Position numbers and translations under genes: made by a program. The notes below the pieces were generated by a model. The model was not told the origin of the DNA, did not search any database, and saw only the letters and a program-made list of their open reading frames with translations. A DNA stretch of 63,697 bases, counting the filler, from Choristocarpus tenellus KU-1152 (lineage: Eukaryota > Protista > Phaeophyceae), in NCBI GenBank assembly GCA_964200185.2. It is 13 parts of 13 records of this genome, joined end to end, with 100 filler letters (N's around TTAATTAATTAA, not from the genome) between each part and the next. Parts side by side here need not be neighbours in the genome. Positions count along the whole stretch, not along the records: positions 37,015 to 45,342 come from CAXNAD020004851.1; positions 45,443 to 53,848 come from CAXNAD020004749.1; 11 more parts are not named here. One strand, written 5' to 3'. Shown here in pieces: positions 38,828 to 51,700 of this stretch (within the stretch, counting starts at the first letter, position 1; each line of letters begins with the position of its first letter).

Positions 38828-39005
38828 GACCCAAAGTATCTGTGGGGGGGGAAGGGGTCTACACCAGGGTGTCCATTTGAACATAACCAGGAAAAGTGAA
38901 CCTACATTATCCATCCTACGTATGCAACAAAATCACCCAAAAATCGCAACATGAAAAAATTGACCCCAAATGGACAGCCGCCACCCCCCCCAGGTACTTT
39001 GAGTC
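38828..39005. mobile_element. MITE family B, full copy
   Basis: GACCCAAAGTATCTG ... CAGGTACTTTGAGTC; TSD TAT/TAT. Confidence 0.9.
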
Positions 39006-39141
39006 TATGTGGTCAGAGAATTCGTCTCACGCCACCATGAGCTTCAAATATTTCGCAGTAAATAAGTCATGCAATATTTTCACTCCTTAGAAGTATCACA
39101 CCCTTACCTACGAGCACAATTCAATGTATCCCAGCGCCACT

Positions 39142-39393
39142 GAGTCAAAGTACCTTAGAAGGTAGAGCCGCGTCCGGTTGAGGGTCAAAATCCGATGTTG
39201 CGATTTTGATATAATTTTGGGTATCGTGCTTGTTAGGAAGTATCAATATCCTTGTTTCAGACGCATCTTTCCATCACGTATATATTTTACCTACTCCGAA
39301 ATGCTTCAGAGTAGGTAAAATGACACCAAAAACCCGTGGGAAGCCAAGCCCCCAACGGACAAACAGGGCAAAACTTGTACCCTCTAAGATACT
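39142..39393. mobile_element. MITE family A, copy missing last ~7 bp
   Basis: GAGTCAAAGTACCTTAGAAGGTAGAGCCGCGTCC ... GTACCCTCTAAGATACT. Confidence 0.9.
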
Positions 39394-40726
39394 AAATTGG
39401 GGTTCCAATTTCTTAGATGCTGTGATAGCTTTTCCTGATGATGAACGATGCTGTCCTCTTCTGGCTTCGCTCCTAGCATTACTCACCTAGCCACATAGAG
39501 TAGATAAAACGCACTGAACACTCGATATTCGTTCTTAGAGAGGTAACGGGAGCCGGTGCAATAAAGTCATATACTGTCATTAAGTTTGTGGTGAGACTCC
39601 TCACAATCAAATAAGGGAAAACAACAGTGCTACATGTATTCTCTTAGAGTCTATTCCCAACTTGCACATCACCTTTGTATATACTATTACTAGCTAAAGA
39701 CAGCACACGTCTGATGCACTTTGAAACATTTCACACAGACTACTGTCTGTGTCGATCTCTCTTCAATATCGCCAACTGAGCTCTGGACTTTCTCTCGTGA
39801 TGAGACTATAAAGTTCCGACTTCAACACTTGTACATTCCTCTTATAACGCAACGTCCTCTACACAGAGTCAACCTTCACCATACTTCAAAAGTGCCATGT
39901 TTGCATATCCGCATTGAGACCCTTCGACTTGATTCACCTTTATCCCATGTGCTCATTAGTTATCGTTTCCTTTTCTGTTACTCTTATGTTTATTACATCG
40001 CTGCCAGGCAGCAATGGAGCAGTCGCAAAAATACAACCTGTCCGTGTACTTCAAGGAGCATCGGTTGAGGACCTTTCCTGGCATCTTCACAGGCATAGGT
40101 CCTACTAAGCATTAATAGCCACACACAGGATGACAATTATCCCAGGGGGCTACAAGCCTAAGCCACCCAGGCAGATGGATTGTTATCCGCTGCTTGAGAT
40201 GGGGAAGGTGTGGGGTATAGGCCTGAGGGTGATGCCTGGCACATCGCGCTCAGTACATAGTTGTGCGTCATTGTGACTATTATCAATAGCAGCAAATGAG
40301 TAGGAACGTAGTGGGAGAATGTGTTAATGTTCTCCAATACTTGGGTGTAGCAGTAGCAAGTGCTCCAAAAGCATTCTGTATTCATCTATTGCACTCATTT
40401 TACTAGTGCCATGCATCGTATTATCACACTTTAAGCCTTGATTAAATAATATATATATTTTCCATTTCCTCCTCTTGGGGAGGGATCTGCACCTAAGTCG
40501 TACTCACTACTATAGTTGATAGTGCCCAGTATTTACCTCTCGTCCTCTTACTTTCAACCTTTACCTTGATGACATGCATTGTTGGTGAACTACAGATTCC
40601 AAAATACTGTTGAACGTTTTGTAGCGTGCCTAGATTTTGGAGATCATGGAGGTGAATGGGGTATGAAACACTACGTTTTTGGTCAGAATAATACTACAAT
40701 CGATACACCTTTTTTTGCACCAATCG

Positions 40727-40815
40727 GAAAGAAATCGAATTCTACCTATATAATATATGAAAGAAAACGAATTCTACCTATCAAATATATGAAAGAAATT
40801 GAATTCTACCTATAT
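40727..40815. repeat. Minisatellite, 32 bp x 2.8
   Basis: Unit GAAAGAAAxxGAATTCTACCTATxxAATATAT. Confidence 0.88.
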
Positions 40816-41188
40816 GTGGCAAATGCACAAAAAAATGGGCAGCCAGAACCTACACTGCAACTCCTCCTACAACTCAGCACACAGTGAAAAAAGCTCACAA
40901 TCTCTCCAGTCAGCCTGAAAGAGCAAGTTAAACAAACAGTACCTTCGCCAAATGTAGTCAGGAAGGGAGGAAACCTCAGGAACATTACATCAAGCGCTAA
41001 TCTACGAGGGCTTAGACAATCGCAATTGAGGGTATGAAGCCTAGAAATTGAGTAAATATTTTTTGTGTCAGTCCCCTTTCCGTGGAAATGGTTATTGAAT
41101 AGGCACATTGAACAGTCACACACTCCATTTTTCTCCCCGAAAGCCCAGACAAGTACCATTCACTATGCAATCTAAATCACATGCGGAA

Positions 41189-41359
41189 GACCCAAAGTAT
41201 AGGGGGGCGGTCTACACCAGGGGGTCCATTTGGACCAAAACCAGGAAATGTGCACGTAAGTTATCCATTCAACGCATGCAACCAAATCACCCAATAATCG
41301 AGACATGAAAAAATTGACCCCAGATGGACAGCCGCCATCCCCCCCAGATACTTTGAACC
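41189..41359. mobile_element. MITE family B, full copy
   Basis: GACCCAAAGTAT ... CCCAGATACTTTGAACC; body matches 38828-39005. Confidence 0.88.
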
Positions 41360-42454
41360 GGAAATATGTGTCGAATGTAATGCTCACAAGTTCATACCAA
41401 ATATCCAACTCATCTGGGACTTTGATGCAGTGTTTGCGAGGTCAACCCTAGTACGGACTATATTTATAGGCATCAGATAAGAGTACTCAAACGTACGCTT
41501 ACATAGAGTTGCATCGCTTAATCAGTCAGATTGGGCAATTTCTCCTGTATCGACCCAATGTACCTGGATCGAACGACCTATAGGGCTGTCAGGTGGAAAA
41601 CAAACTACTTTGAAATATCTTGGTTGAAAACACGCATCTATTTCTATATGTGATGACATGATGACAATGCAATGAGGACAGACTTTAATGGTGTTTCTTA
41701 ATTCCTCTCATGTATATCTGGATAAAACAGAAGTATGACAAAGAAATTTGTGGGTCGAAAGCCTCTGAATCTTGATCTAATTGTTTGGATTTAGGTTCTT
41801 GTGATAAACATTTGGGCGGATATTGGGTCAGCAAGTGCTCCGTCACGCCTTTGATTTTCCGTGGGCAACTTTAAGAAAAGAGAAAATCGAGTTGTTGTGC
41901 GATCACGCTATAAACGTACAAGGACATTGTTGCATGATAAGGCGAAATATGAGAAATGCTGAGTGGGTTTCTGTAGATATCCCCACGTTCTACTCCCAGT
42001 ATCTTACAAATTATAGAATACATATAGGACACACTCCTTCACAGTATATTTCCACTCATCATGACGTTTTGCAGACAATAGATGTTGTCAGCGGGGACAA
42101 AAAACACACACAACAAGGACAACAACCACAATTACAACCACAATTGTACTCAGAATGGTTACGTTCATGGTTGTTTGTCTACTACTGTAATAAAACGTAA
42201 CAGTAGTAAAGGTATATCATACTATGCAAAAATGTTACTACTACTTAATAAAAAAACTAATAATGCTATACTTGGCAACATATCACTAGTGTTGTTCCTC
42301 TTCCGGACAACAATACACCAACAAACTGGTGACCTGTGTAAGTAAGAAGATCACCATTGCTGTGCGTAATATATCTCATACATACTATAGACCCCTACAA
42401 GCATCACCTAGTTCGTACAGATCGCGTAGTGATTTACACTAAGTGTACTGAGTA

Positions 42455-42820
42455 TAACAGTATGTTCGTGAGATCAGGAACGGATTATGAGATAAGGAAT
42501 GAGAAATATTTCGAAACCATCCTGCAGGCCACCGATCAATTTCAGTGTGAAAGCTTTCAAATGGCCAGATTCTTGAAGTCGTCGGTTTTTTGGAGTGAAA
42601 GCTTGCGAACACAAGAGGGAGAGCTCATCGATATTTTTGTGAAAAAACTTTCGAATCACCATAATTTGTAAGCTGTTACTTGTGGAGTGAGATATGCTTT
42701 TGTTAATCTGACCATTTGAAGCTTTCACACTGAAATTGATCGGCGGCCTGCAGGATGGTTTCGAAATATTTCTCATTCCTTATCTCATAATCCGTTCCTG
42801 ATCTCACGAACATACTGTTG
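42455..42820. mobile_element. MITE with ~115-bp near-perfect TIRs and TA flanks
   Basis: AACAGTATGTTCGTGAGATCAGGAACGG...GAAAGCTTTCAAATGGCCAGATT (to ~42571) is inverted at ~42705-42820; TA on both sides. Confidence 0.92.
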
Positions 42821-44293
42821 TATGTGATTTTCTTGTTTGTTGTAGTAAAGGTACAGCTCAAGTCCTGAATCCTGGCAATATCTTTGGGCCAGTTCTTATT
42901 GGGGCATAATACGATCATTAATTATATATCTTGGTGGAATGCTATGATAGAGAGAGGGGGCGAAAAAAATTCGTTGAGGTTGAAGTTTTGGTGTTGTGTG
43001 CAGAATATTTATCGTACGTTGAATAATTTTAGACTCAGTGCATTTGCAGTTATTTGTGGGGGGAATTGAGGACACAAAATATTCAAATTGTTAAATTTAT
43101 AGTGCCAAAATGAAAGAACAGGACAAAAATACCAACCACCAAGTATATGTTTATCCACTATTTTTGAGATGATGGTGTAACTGGCTGCTGGGCGTCGGAA
43201 GCACATGCCCAAAACACATGCTCTTCAAGGACAAGGTGGGGTCAAACCTTACTTGACATCAGGCCCAAGTGGTCTTACACCTCTCCCTGATCTTTGTACT
43301 TCTCTACTAAGTTTAATGATATGAACATTGCAACTAAGCTTTTGTCCCCTCATCCACAGCACAGGTCGTAGTAATAGTTCCCTGGCACCGCAAAACTCCA
43401 TTTAGACTTTTGTTGGCAATTTACAATGGACATTTTTTTTTTACACAACACTCATTTCAGGCAATCATCATCTGCCTCGCCATAGGAGCTTTCTTTCTCT
43501 GATACCCCATCCATATAGGTACAACAGACATATTTTCTAATTCTTGCGATTTTAGAGATGTACGAGGTATGATGTATTCTCAGTCAAATTTACAACACAT
43601 ACTGCTTTGTTAGAAGTGAAGCTACCCGTATAGACCAGAGGAATGGTGAGCGCTTGTTGGTTGTTATAGTGGCTGGCTGTGGTTTGGCAGGGTTAATAAT
43701 AGTGTGAGGTTTCAAACACAACGGAGATGCACTTGGTCCACTGCAGGGCGTAATTATTCAGCTTAGATACCAACTAAGTCAGAATTGTTGTGGGAACTGC
43801 ATCATGAACCGACCTATCGCAACTTCATACTCAAATGGACTTGAGTAGTATCTTTAAGTGGTTTAAACGAAGGACCCGCAAGCCATTGAGGTCTGTCTTA
43901 TCCAGATTTTTTTTCCACCTCTCGATCACCCCTCCCCTGTCCCTCAATACCCCATCAATCTCAGAAAGGCCCCACAAACACAAGAACATACCAGTGCGGA
44001 GGAAGGTTCCAAGAAAATTAAAACTATCATGTGGATCAGTCGATTCCTTGCTGCCCCGGCACCCCTAATCTGGATTGCTTCACCTGATGCTCCTCAGCAT
44101 CTTGTAGGAACACCTCATCCAGGTACCATTTCTGGATATGCTTGTCCACTCCCTTCATCTATCACTCACCTCTCCTTTTCTTCCCTCTCTCCAGCTGCCT
44201 TGCTCAATCTTTTGTTGCGTGCCACTTTGCTCCTATTTAAGATCCAACCGTAAGGCGTATAGCTTAGAGGGAACAGAAACTCTGTGGAGGTTT

Positions 44294-44511
44294 GAGCCAG
44301 AGTATCTTAGAGGGTAGAGCCGTGTCCATTTAGAGGTCAAATTCAATGTTGCAATTTTGATGTAATATCGGCTATCTTGTTTGCTAGGAAGTGTCAATAT
44401 CCATGTTCCGGACACACCTTTTCGTAACATACACATTTNNNNNNNNNNGGGAAGCCAAGCCCCAAATGTACAAACAGGGCAAAACTCGTACCCTCTAAGA
44501 TACTTTCACTC
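44294..44511. mobile_element. MITE family A, full copy spanning a 10-N gap
   Basis: GAGCCAGAGTATCTTAGAGGGTAG ... AAGATACTTTCACTC; TSD TTT/TTT. Confidence 0.9.
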
Positions 44512-44662
44512 TTTCTGTCAATAAAATCTTCTCAATACCCCCTCTTGGATCAACAACGTGATCAAGAAGCGTATGGGGGAAATGGTAAGCTTCTAAAAGG
44601 TCCAGAAAACTATCTTCCCTCCAGAGGGTTCAAGTTGTGCTGAGTTTGTATTCTTTGGTATT

Positions 44663-44843
44663 GGGTCAAAGTATCTGGGGAGGGGTGGGGTAGTTTGTGA
44701 CGGGGCGTCCGTTTCGGTCAAACAACTCTTTTTGTGCTGACATTTCAAATCCAACACGTGCAACCAAATCACACCAAGAAAGTGAAAATCGAAAAAAGGG
44801 TGGAAAACGGACGCCGACACCCCCCCCCCAGATACTTTGACCC
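44663..44843. mobile_element. MITE family B-related variant, full copy
   Basis: GGGTCAAAGTATCTGGGG ... CCCCAGATACTTTGACCC perfect 18-bp TIR; TSD ATT/ATT. Confidence 0.9.
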
Positions 44844-45288
44844 ATTGAGTCAGAGCAATTGACAGATAGGCAGGTTTTGGCCCTGTTGAATTATAAGTCA
44901 CCTTTGTTACCCCATATAACACGCCCCATCTCACTGCTTTATGTGCACAATAGGGTACGCAGAATTGATATTCCCACTTTCAATGCGTAAAGTGACACCA
45001 CAATTCAGCAAGGGCTCTTTCTGAGATAATTCAAAATGGCGAATATTTCCATTGGTAGGGATGCTTAAAATGCAACTTTGCCAACCTTTCAATTGCTTTG
45101 GCTCACAATACAATACCAAGGCCCTCAGTTTGTCGAAGCCTTGCACCTACCTCTGTTATCTTAGCAGGGGCAGTTTTGGCATAGTTGTTGAGGTACACCC
45201 ACACCATTCACCATATTAGACAACCGGCCTTTGAGGGTGAACGACAGTGGCCTAGGAGAAGGGGGATCCGTGAAGAAGGATAACAACA

Positions 45289-45342
45289 GAGCCAAAATAT
45301 CTTAGAGGGTAGAGCCGCGTCCATTTGGGGGTCAAAATCCAA
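45289..45342. mobile_element. MITE family A, partial copy at contig end
   Basis: GAGCCAAAATATCTTAGAGGGTAGAGCCGCGTCCATTTGGGG. Confidence 0.85.
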
Positions 45343-45718
45343 NNNNNNNNNNNNNNNNNNNNNNNNNNNNNNNNNNNNNNNNNNNNTTAATTAATTAANN
45401 NNNNNNNNNNNNNNNNNNNNNNNNNNNNNNNNNNNNNNNNNNCCCCCCCCCTCCCAGATACTTTGGGTCTATGCAAGTACATGTATGTATCAGTGTCTCT
45501 GTTTCCAAGTAAAGTATACAACGGTTACTGGTAAGTAAGAAGAAGGGATCTGTGGACTACTCTGGTGCTTCAAGTGGGTCTGATTGGTGATCCTCTCTTG
45601 TCTCAAGTGACAAAATCCACCTCTTTCTGCACATTACCCCCTACCCTCTTGTTGCCTCTGCAACAACATCCATATTCTATGTCCCATCTAACTTCAGCCT
45701 CTACCTGCCATTCTGTAG

Positions 45719-48700
45719 TTAATGGAAGCCATGGGTGTCGAATCTCGAATTGGAATTGGGAGCACCAGCAGCCAAGGAGGAACAAAGCAATCCAGAAAAG
45801 TATGTGACAAAACTGGCAAGAGTGGGGGAGGGGTAGCTGGACAAGGGGATATGAGAAGATTTCAGGGAAACATCAAAGACACCAGCAGACAATGTGTTGA
45901 GGGCCCTGGTCGCAGCAGCAAGGAGGATGGAAATGTTGGGGTTTCTGTGGCTGCCCGTTCAACTAAATTGGCTTATGCTGAAGCAGAGGCATATGCAGAC
46001 GTAAAGGTGGGCTGTGCATGATATTTTCTCTCATGAGGTGCATGTATCTGTATATGTGTGTCCTGAATGTGATTGGAAAAGATTTTGAGGATTTTTTGCT
46101 GAGCAATGAATAGTGGCTGTAGGGGAAGTCTGTACGAAACATTTGAAGTATACTTGGACCTCAAACACCAACCTCTCCATAGAATCTATGTGCCCTCCCT
46201 TTCATGCTATGCCTATCACCTCTTGGCCTTACTTGATAAATACTGTTCCCTGAGCATCTGTCCAACCTTGAACTCTTCCGTGCATTACGTCTAACCTGTC
46301 ACACTGTCTCTGAACCCCAGTCTTCATGGCACCTAGCTTTGCCACCCACCGACTCTTCCCTGCTTATCACTGCATCGACCTGCTATCCTGTAGGCCATGC
46401 TCCGCACTCCTGCTGGTAAGCGAGAGCTAGTACGCCACGCCCATGCCATCCGGTTGGAGTGGAGAAACACTGTGCTTGCTTACCGTAAGGCCAGGTTTCA
46501 CAGTTTTTCAAAAATTCGTGGCGGGGACTGGTCTCATCACTATCCCCTGCTCCGTTTCCTTTGGAAAATGCATTTGGGTGCAACAACCATGAGTGGATTA
46601 GAGAAACATGGGTTCGTTGAGGGCAAAGGTGGGATGGAAGGAAGTGCATCGTGTGGGGTGGTGGAACCATCTGAGCTCAAGTTTCTGGGACCAAGGCTTG
46701 GACCATTTGTTGGTGGAGTGTGGGGAGGAGGAGATGAGGTATATACATGATTGCGAGGGGATTGTAAGGGAATGAATTGGTGGTGGAAGGGGGATTTGTG
46801 CAGTAGTGTGTTCCTTGCTCTTGGGGATGGGGAGAGTGTCTGTTTTGTGGCCCAGGTGTGGATATTGGGATGTGGAAGCGGGAGTAAATGAGCAATAAGG
46901 TCAATGGGTTTACTATATTATTCCCAAGTATAGACTAGTTGTAGGAAGTTCTACCCATAGTTGCGTGTCAATGGTGGCAATGCAATGGAGATTAAGAGGG
47001 GAAAATGGGCATACTCTTGGATGATTTGGGACCAGGCTGAGATGAATAATTATTCCTTTGTTAGCTTATTTTATGTTGTTCTTTCGTAAGCCCCTAATAT
47101 ATATGCATGCACGAGGTATGGTTGGACAAGGACAAGAGTGGCGAGTGGGAGCTGGGTTTAATTTTCTCCCCTTGGATTGTTATGTTGCATCATAACATTA
47201 ACATCGGGTAACATTGCCCTATATGCTTCTGGATCATTCTACTCTCGATTTGTTGTCCCAAAAACGACAAGTGTAGAGCATCTGCATCCTTTGTTGCATC
47301 CCCAACTTGTGGCATGAAAGCAAAATCGAATGGAGATATCAGAGCTCTGGACATAATGTTGTTCCGTCTTTTTATTTCACCGTACACACAAGCATCTTTA
47401 TTGTATATGTTTGGAAGTTGAATATATTGTGTGCACCATTGCTATCTTTGGTAGCACAATACCCACTCCTTTATTTACTCCCTTTCACGATGAATTTTGC
47501 TAATGTCGCTTTACAAGCATTCCAACAACTGATCCTACTGGTTCCTCTACCACCACCACCTGCCACTTCTCTTTTCATCCTCCCCTTGGCATAAACTCAT
47601 CTGAAAAATCTCTATCAGAGTGCTACCCTGCGTTCCACCCTTTCCAGGACTGGGGAGGGTAAACAATGGGACGAAAGTGCAGGAAGATTTAATCCCAGCA
47701 AAACCCTGGACCAGCCCGAGGCAGAGATTGAGGGACTGAAGACACTATTAAGGTGGAGCAGCAGAAGAGCAGAGATGCTTTTGTAGAGCTATCACATGAC
47801 TCCTTTGTGTAGAGCATGTTTTTGTTGAGAGGAGACATGACTGTCCCACTGAATGTTAAAACATAGGCTACTCATCTGTTTTGCCTTGATACGATACAGT
47901 TCCACCACTCAACACCGACTGTTGATTGGTCTGTTATGCACTGGTCGTTACTGTCACTAGTTCATCATCACCACATCAATTACGGTCAGAACACTGAAGT
48001 ACAGAACAGTCGCTCTACATTCTACACACAGGAATAGTATGCGTCACTTGAGTCCCATCACATATTGATTCAAGTTTGTTCTCTTGTTTGTTCTTCTTTT
48101 GTTCTCTCTCTCTCTTTCCTCTTCTTATTAGTAGAAGATGACAGTTGTAATTGTTGATTGTTATTTCTTTCTTGGTTATCGTTAATCCCTCATAATGCAC
48201 CAAGGTCACTCTGCAATAAGTGTACCTGACGCACACATGGATGAAATATAATCAGATTTTAAACCGTCCACGGAAAACCTTGCCAGCCAAGGTAACAAGC
48301 CTCTCCACAGAGTATGGACTTCTTTGTTGAGTATCTCATGAAAGAACACTGAATTCACATCACATCATTCTTGACTGAGAGATCCATGACCTCAGTTACA
48401 ACAGAATAAATACATCAGTGCTTTGCAGCACAATCACATCTATTCACAACATAGACTACACATTTTACTCATCGGTGCTTTGCAACACCATGATTCCTCA
48501 TCACTCGTAGTCTACGCAATTTGCTTACATGTACGATGCATTTGATTCAGGTTTCAACAGATAATGAGCCTCACGCGTTTCCCCTTACCTAAATATACAA
48601 AAAAATATGAATAAAAGTATATGTGCACCCATCTAAAGAACCAAATCACACCAGATAACAAATCATTACCTCTTCAACCCTCACAAAATTTCTGCGGGCT

Positions 48701-51700
48701 ATAGGATCGACTTTGAAGATTTCTCCTCTGCTGTGAGCGCGATCAGGAGAGAGAGGACAGGGGTCTCAGGGATGGGTGGGCGGCTAGGGCTACTGGGGCC
48801 TGACTTAGTATTCCTCCGGTTATGCCTGCAAGTTCTGAGGCCAGGGGGATTGCGTCACCTTGCCAAGGAAGAGATGCTGGCTGAGGCGCGTGCGTTTGAA
48901 AGGTGGCAGTGCGTTTGAGGATACTATTTGTAATTTTGTATGTATATGTGCAATTGTGTTATTCACTGGCTTGACTCGGTTTTCTTTTTTGATAATATTT
49001 ATGGACCGAATGGTAGATTTTGTGAGCAAAATTGCATGTTTAAGAAGGTAGGTAAGTGCATGACCTGTTTGAGTGGATTGGTGACACAGACTTCGATTTG
49101 GTGATTGGGAGGGACAAGTGATTGTCACGTTCAGGGTGAAACCATACTACATGGGACTAGTAGGAACAAGGTGTAAAGAGAGACAAGAACATATTCTAGG
49201 GTGTCATTATTCTTGCTAGGAATGTGGAATCTGTACTGCCTGAAGTTGTGCTATCACTTTGAGCACATCTGAGCTTTTGTGAGGGCACTGCCCCATGTAG
49301 GTGAGAAGGTTAGTGGGCAAATGCATAGAGATGAGCATTATCCAATATAGTGTTTAGCGTACATTGCATATCCAAATCATGTAAAACCAGGTTCCTGTGA
49401 AATTGAGTAACACTTCGAAGTATGCAAGTGTCCCAAATTGAAATATATATTCAACAATGAGTCTTTGAGATATGCAAACAGGCCTTGGTGGTAAATTGTC
49501 TATAAACAATCCATTGACACTAACTGTGAGTGCTTGTCAATCCCAAATGCTACTTCTGACTTCAAAGCATAAAACTGAATGACATTCCTGTAAGCCTCGT
49601 ATTTGTGGATGTAGTATACACCTTAGCCTCTCTACCCCTACCTAATCACACACAAATCTCTCCTCAAAAAGATTCGCTTTTCACTAGCAAAAAATAAGTC
49701 ATTGGAGCCCTTTCATGCCGTTCTAATCTCTGGTTTTCGTCTACCCCTCAAAATTCCTATAATCACCTCAGGCATGAGCTGGCTCGCTCAATGGCAACAG
49801 AAGATGGTATTCCCTGGATGACAGAAGAGTTGTTGGCTGAGAGGGAGGCAAGCACAGGGAGTGAAAATATGCCAGAATTGGACAGGTTGAGGTCAACACT
49901 AGCAGGCACAGCAAGACTGGCAAGGGCCCTGGCACAGGGAGAGGTGAATCGATTTGTTGCCTGCAGATCATGAAGATGCTTTCTTGGCTGATTTATTTCC
50001 CCCTTGGCAGTCTGCAGTCCCTACTCAGCCATCTTAGTACACCATGCTCTAGATTTTTATCAATATTGAAAAGCAAGTGCTCTAGGGTAACTTGGTGAAA
50101 GCATGAGCAAATTATTGTCTGCGAGATAGGGTCACCTCAAGGAGCAGGGTTGAACTATCTTATTGATGTGAAACATCTAATGGGTACATTGGTGACTGTA
50201 TGTGAACAAATATTCATTTTTGGGGCAGGGGTGGTACACATGTTTCATATACTCAGTCAATTATGGCATGTATGTTTCAATGCCAGCACAATACCATGCC
50301 ATCAACATACTCTGCGTAGGATTTTTCCAAATCCAAGACAATACAGCCCTACCTCTCTTGTTGTGGTGTTTCATCCAAACTTACTACAACACTAAAGGAT
50401 ATGGCAGCAGTGGAGTGCCAGGCATACCTTCGAACTTCTACAGGCAGAGCAGAGCTAGCCTCTGCCAAGACCATGATATTTGAACATAGGAAAATGGTGC
50501 AGGGAAGGTCTATCAAAGGATCAGGATCAACTGGCATGGGGATGCAGCGATATGGCGGAGGAACATCGCTTCTTCAGCGGGCCAGGAGTGTGAATTATAT
50601 ACACCAACAGCCTTCCCTTGCTCTTGTTCCGTTGAGCAAGCTGTCCTTTGCACTTAGACCCATCCCGTTGTCATTGCAGGTCAATGGTTTGTTGGGTTCT
50701 TTTATGAAATTATTCTCCTCTCTTTTCCAGTATTTTTATAACTGGGTATCAAGGAAATGAGAATTGCACTATGGTAATGATGAATTACTGATTCCTACCC
50801 TGCTCCAAAACACACATGTCTACTTCAGTGCTCATTGTATATATCTTGGTTGATATATTGATTCTTGATGTTGCTGATCCTACTTGTGTTGTTTACCCAT
50901 CAGAAATCCTGATTCATGATGTTTCAACATACTAATGTGTTTGCTTTTTAGAAAACGCAACCTTCAAAATCATGAGCAAGTCCGAAAAGCAATATTTTCC
51001 CCCTTGACACTCTGCATGGGATTCTAGATTATCTTCAAACCAGTGTAGGCAAGTCCAAGCCTCACATTTAAACCCTGTTGCACATTTTACCAAGGTTATT
51101 ACCAATACATTTTCCAATTTCAGTGCAGCTTATCACCCTCAATATACGCCACTCAGGACGAATCCCTGGATTGGAGAAGAGGGAATGGGGGCGTTGAATG
51201 CAATGTTGTGCCCATGACTTCCAGAATAAATTGTTTGCATGCCAATCATACATGGAAAGCTTTAACCTGCAAGTATGAGGCTCTTCAACAATTTTCCGAT
51301 GAATATGCACAATGATGTACCTACCTAGTATGTATTTTTTTTATCTAGCGGCTCCTATCTTACCCGATATTTTGCATCCCAGCATTGAGCACAGATTGCA
51401 CTCAAGTCATGGTCAATATTTTGTTCCAAACAATTGTAGCAGCAAGCAACGGTCAGAAGCAAATCCACATTATTTCCTGACCTTGCATTTGCTGCAATGT
51501 TGCTTTCACAGACACATGATGCACTGGGCCAGGAGGGCAAGGGAAGAGGAGCTTCGGAATGCATTTGCATTGTTCGAGGCAGATGGAGCTCCAGGCGAGG
51601 TCAGTAGGGGCGAGGCAAGCTACCTTTTGGGGCACGCAGGGATCAGTCAGGTAGGTGCTATGTATCAGTAGGAGATATGAGGTTTTCAATCCTATCAAAG

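Noticed and set aside
40727-40815. 32-bp periodic repeat as a mini CRISPR array
   Set aside because: Units are head-to-tail with no unique spacers, there are no cas genes, and the context is eukaryotic.
42357-42918. Paired ORFs sharing YNSMFVRSGTDYEIRNEKYFETILQA on opposite strands
   Set aside because: A consequence of the MITE's inverted repeats, not a duplicated gene.
44870-45146. Possible second Harbinger remnant (VRWGVL) beside a MITE
   Set aside because: Only a few residues match and the surrounding motifs are absent.
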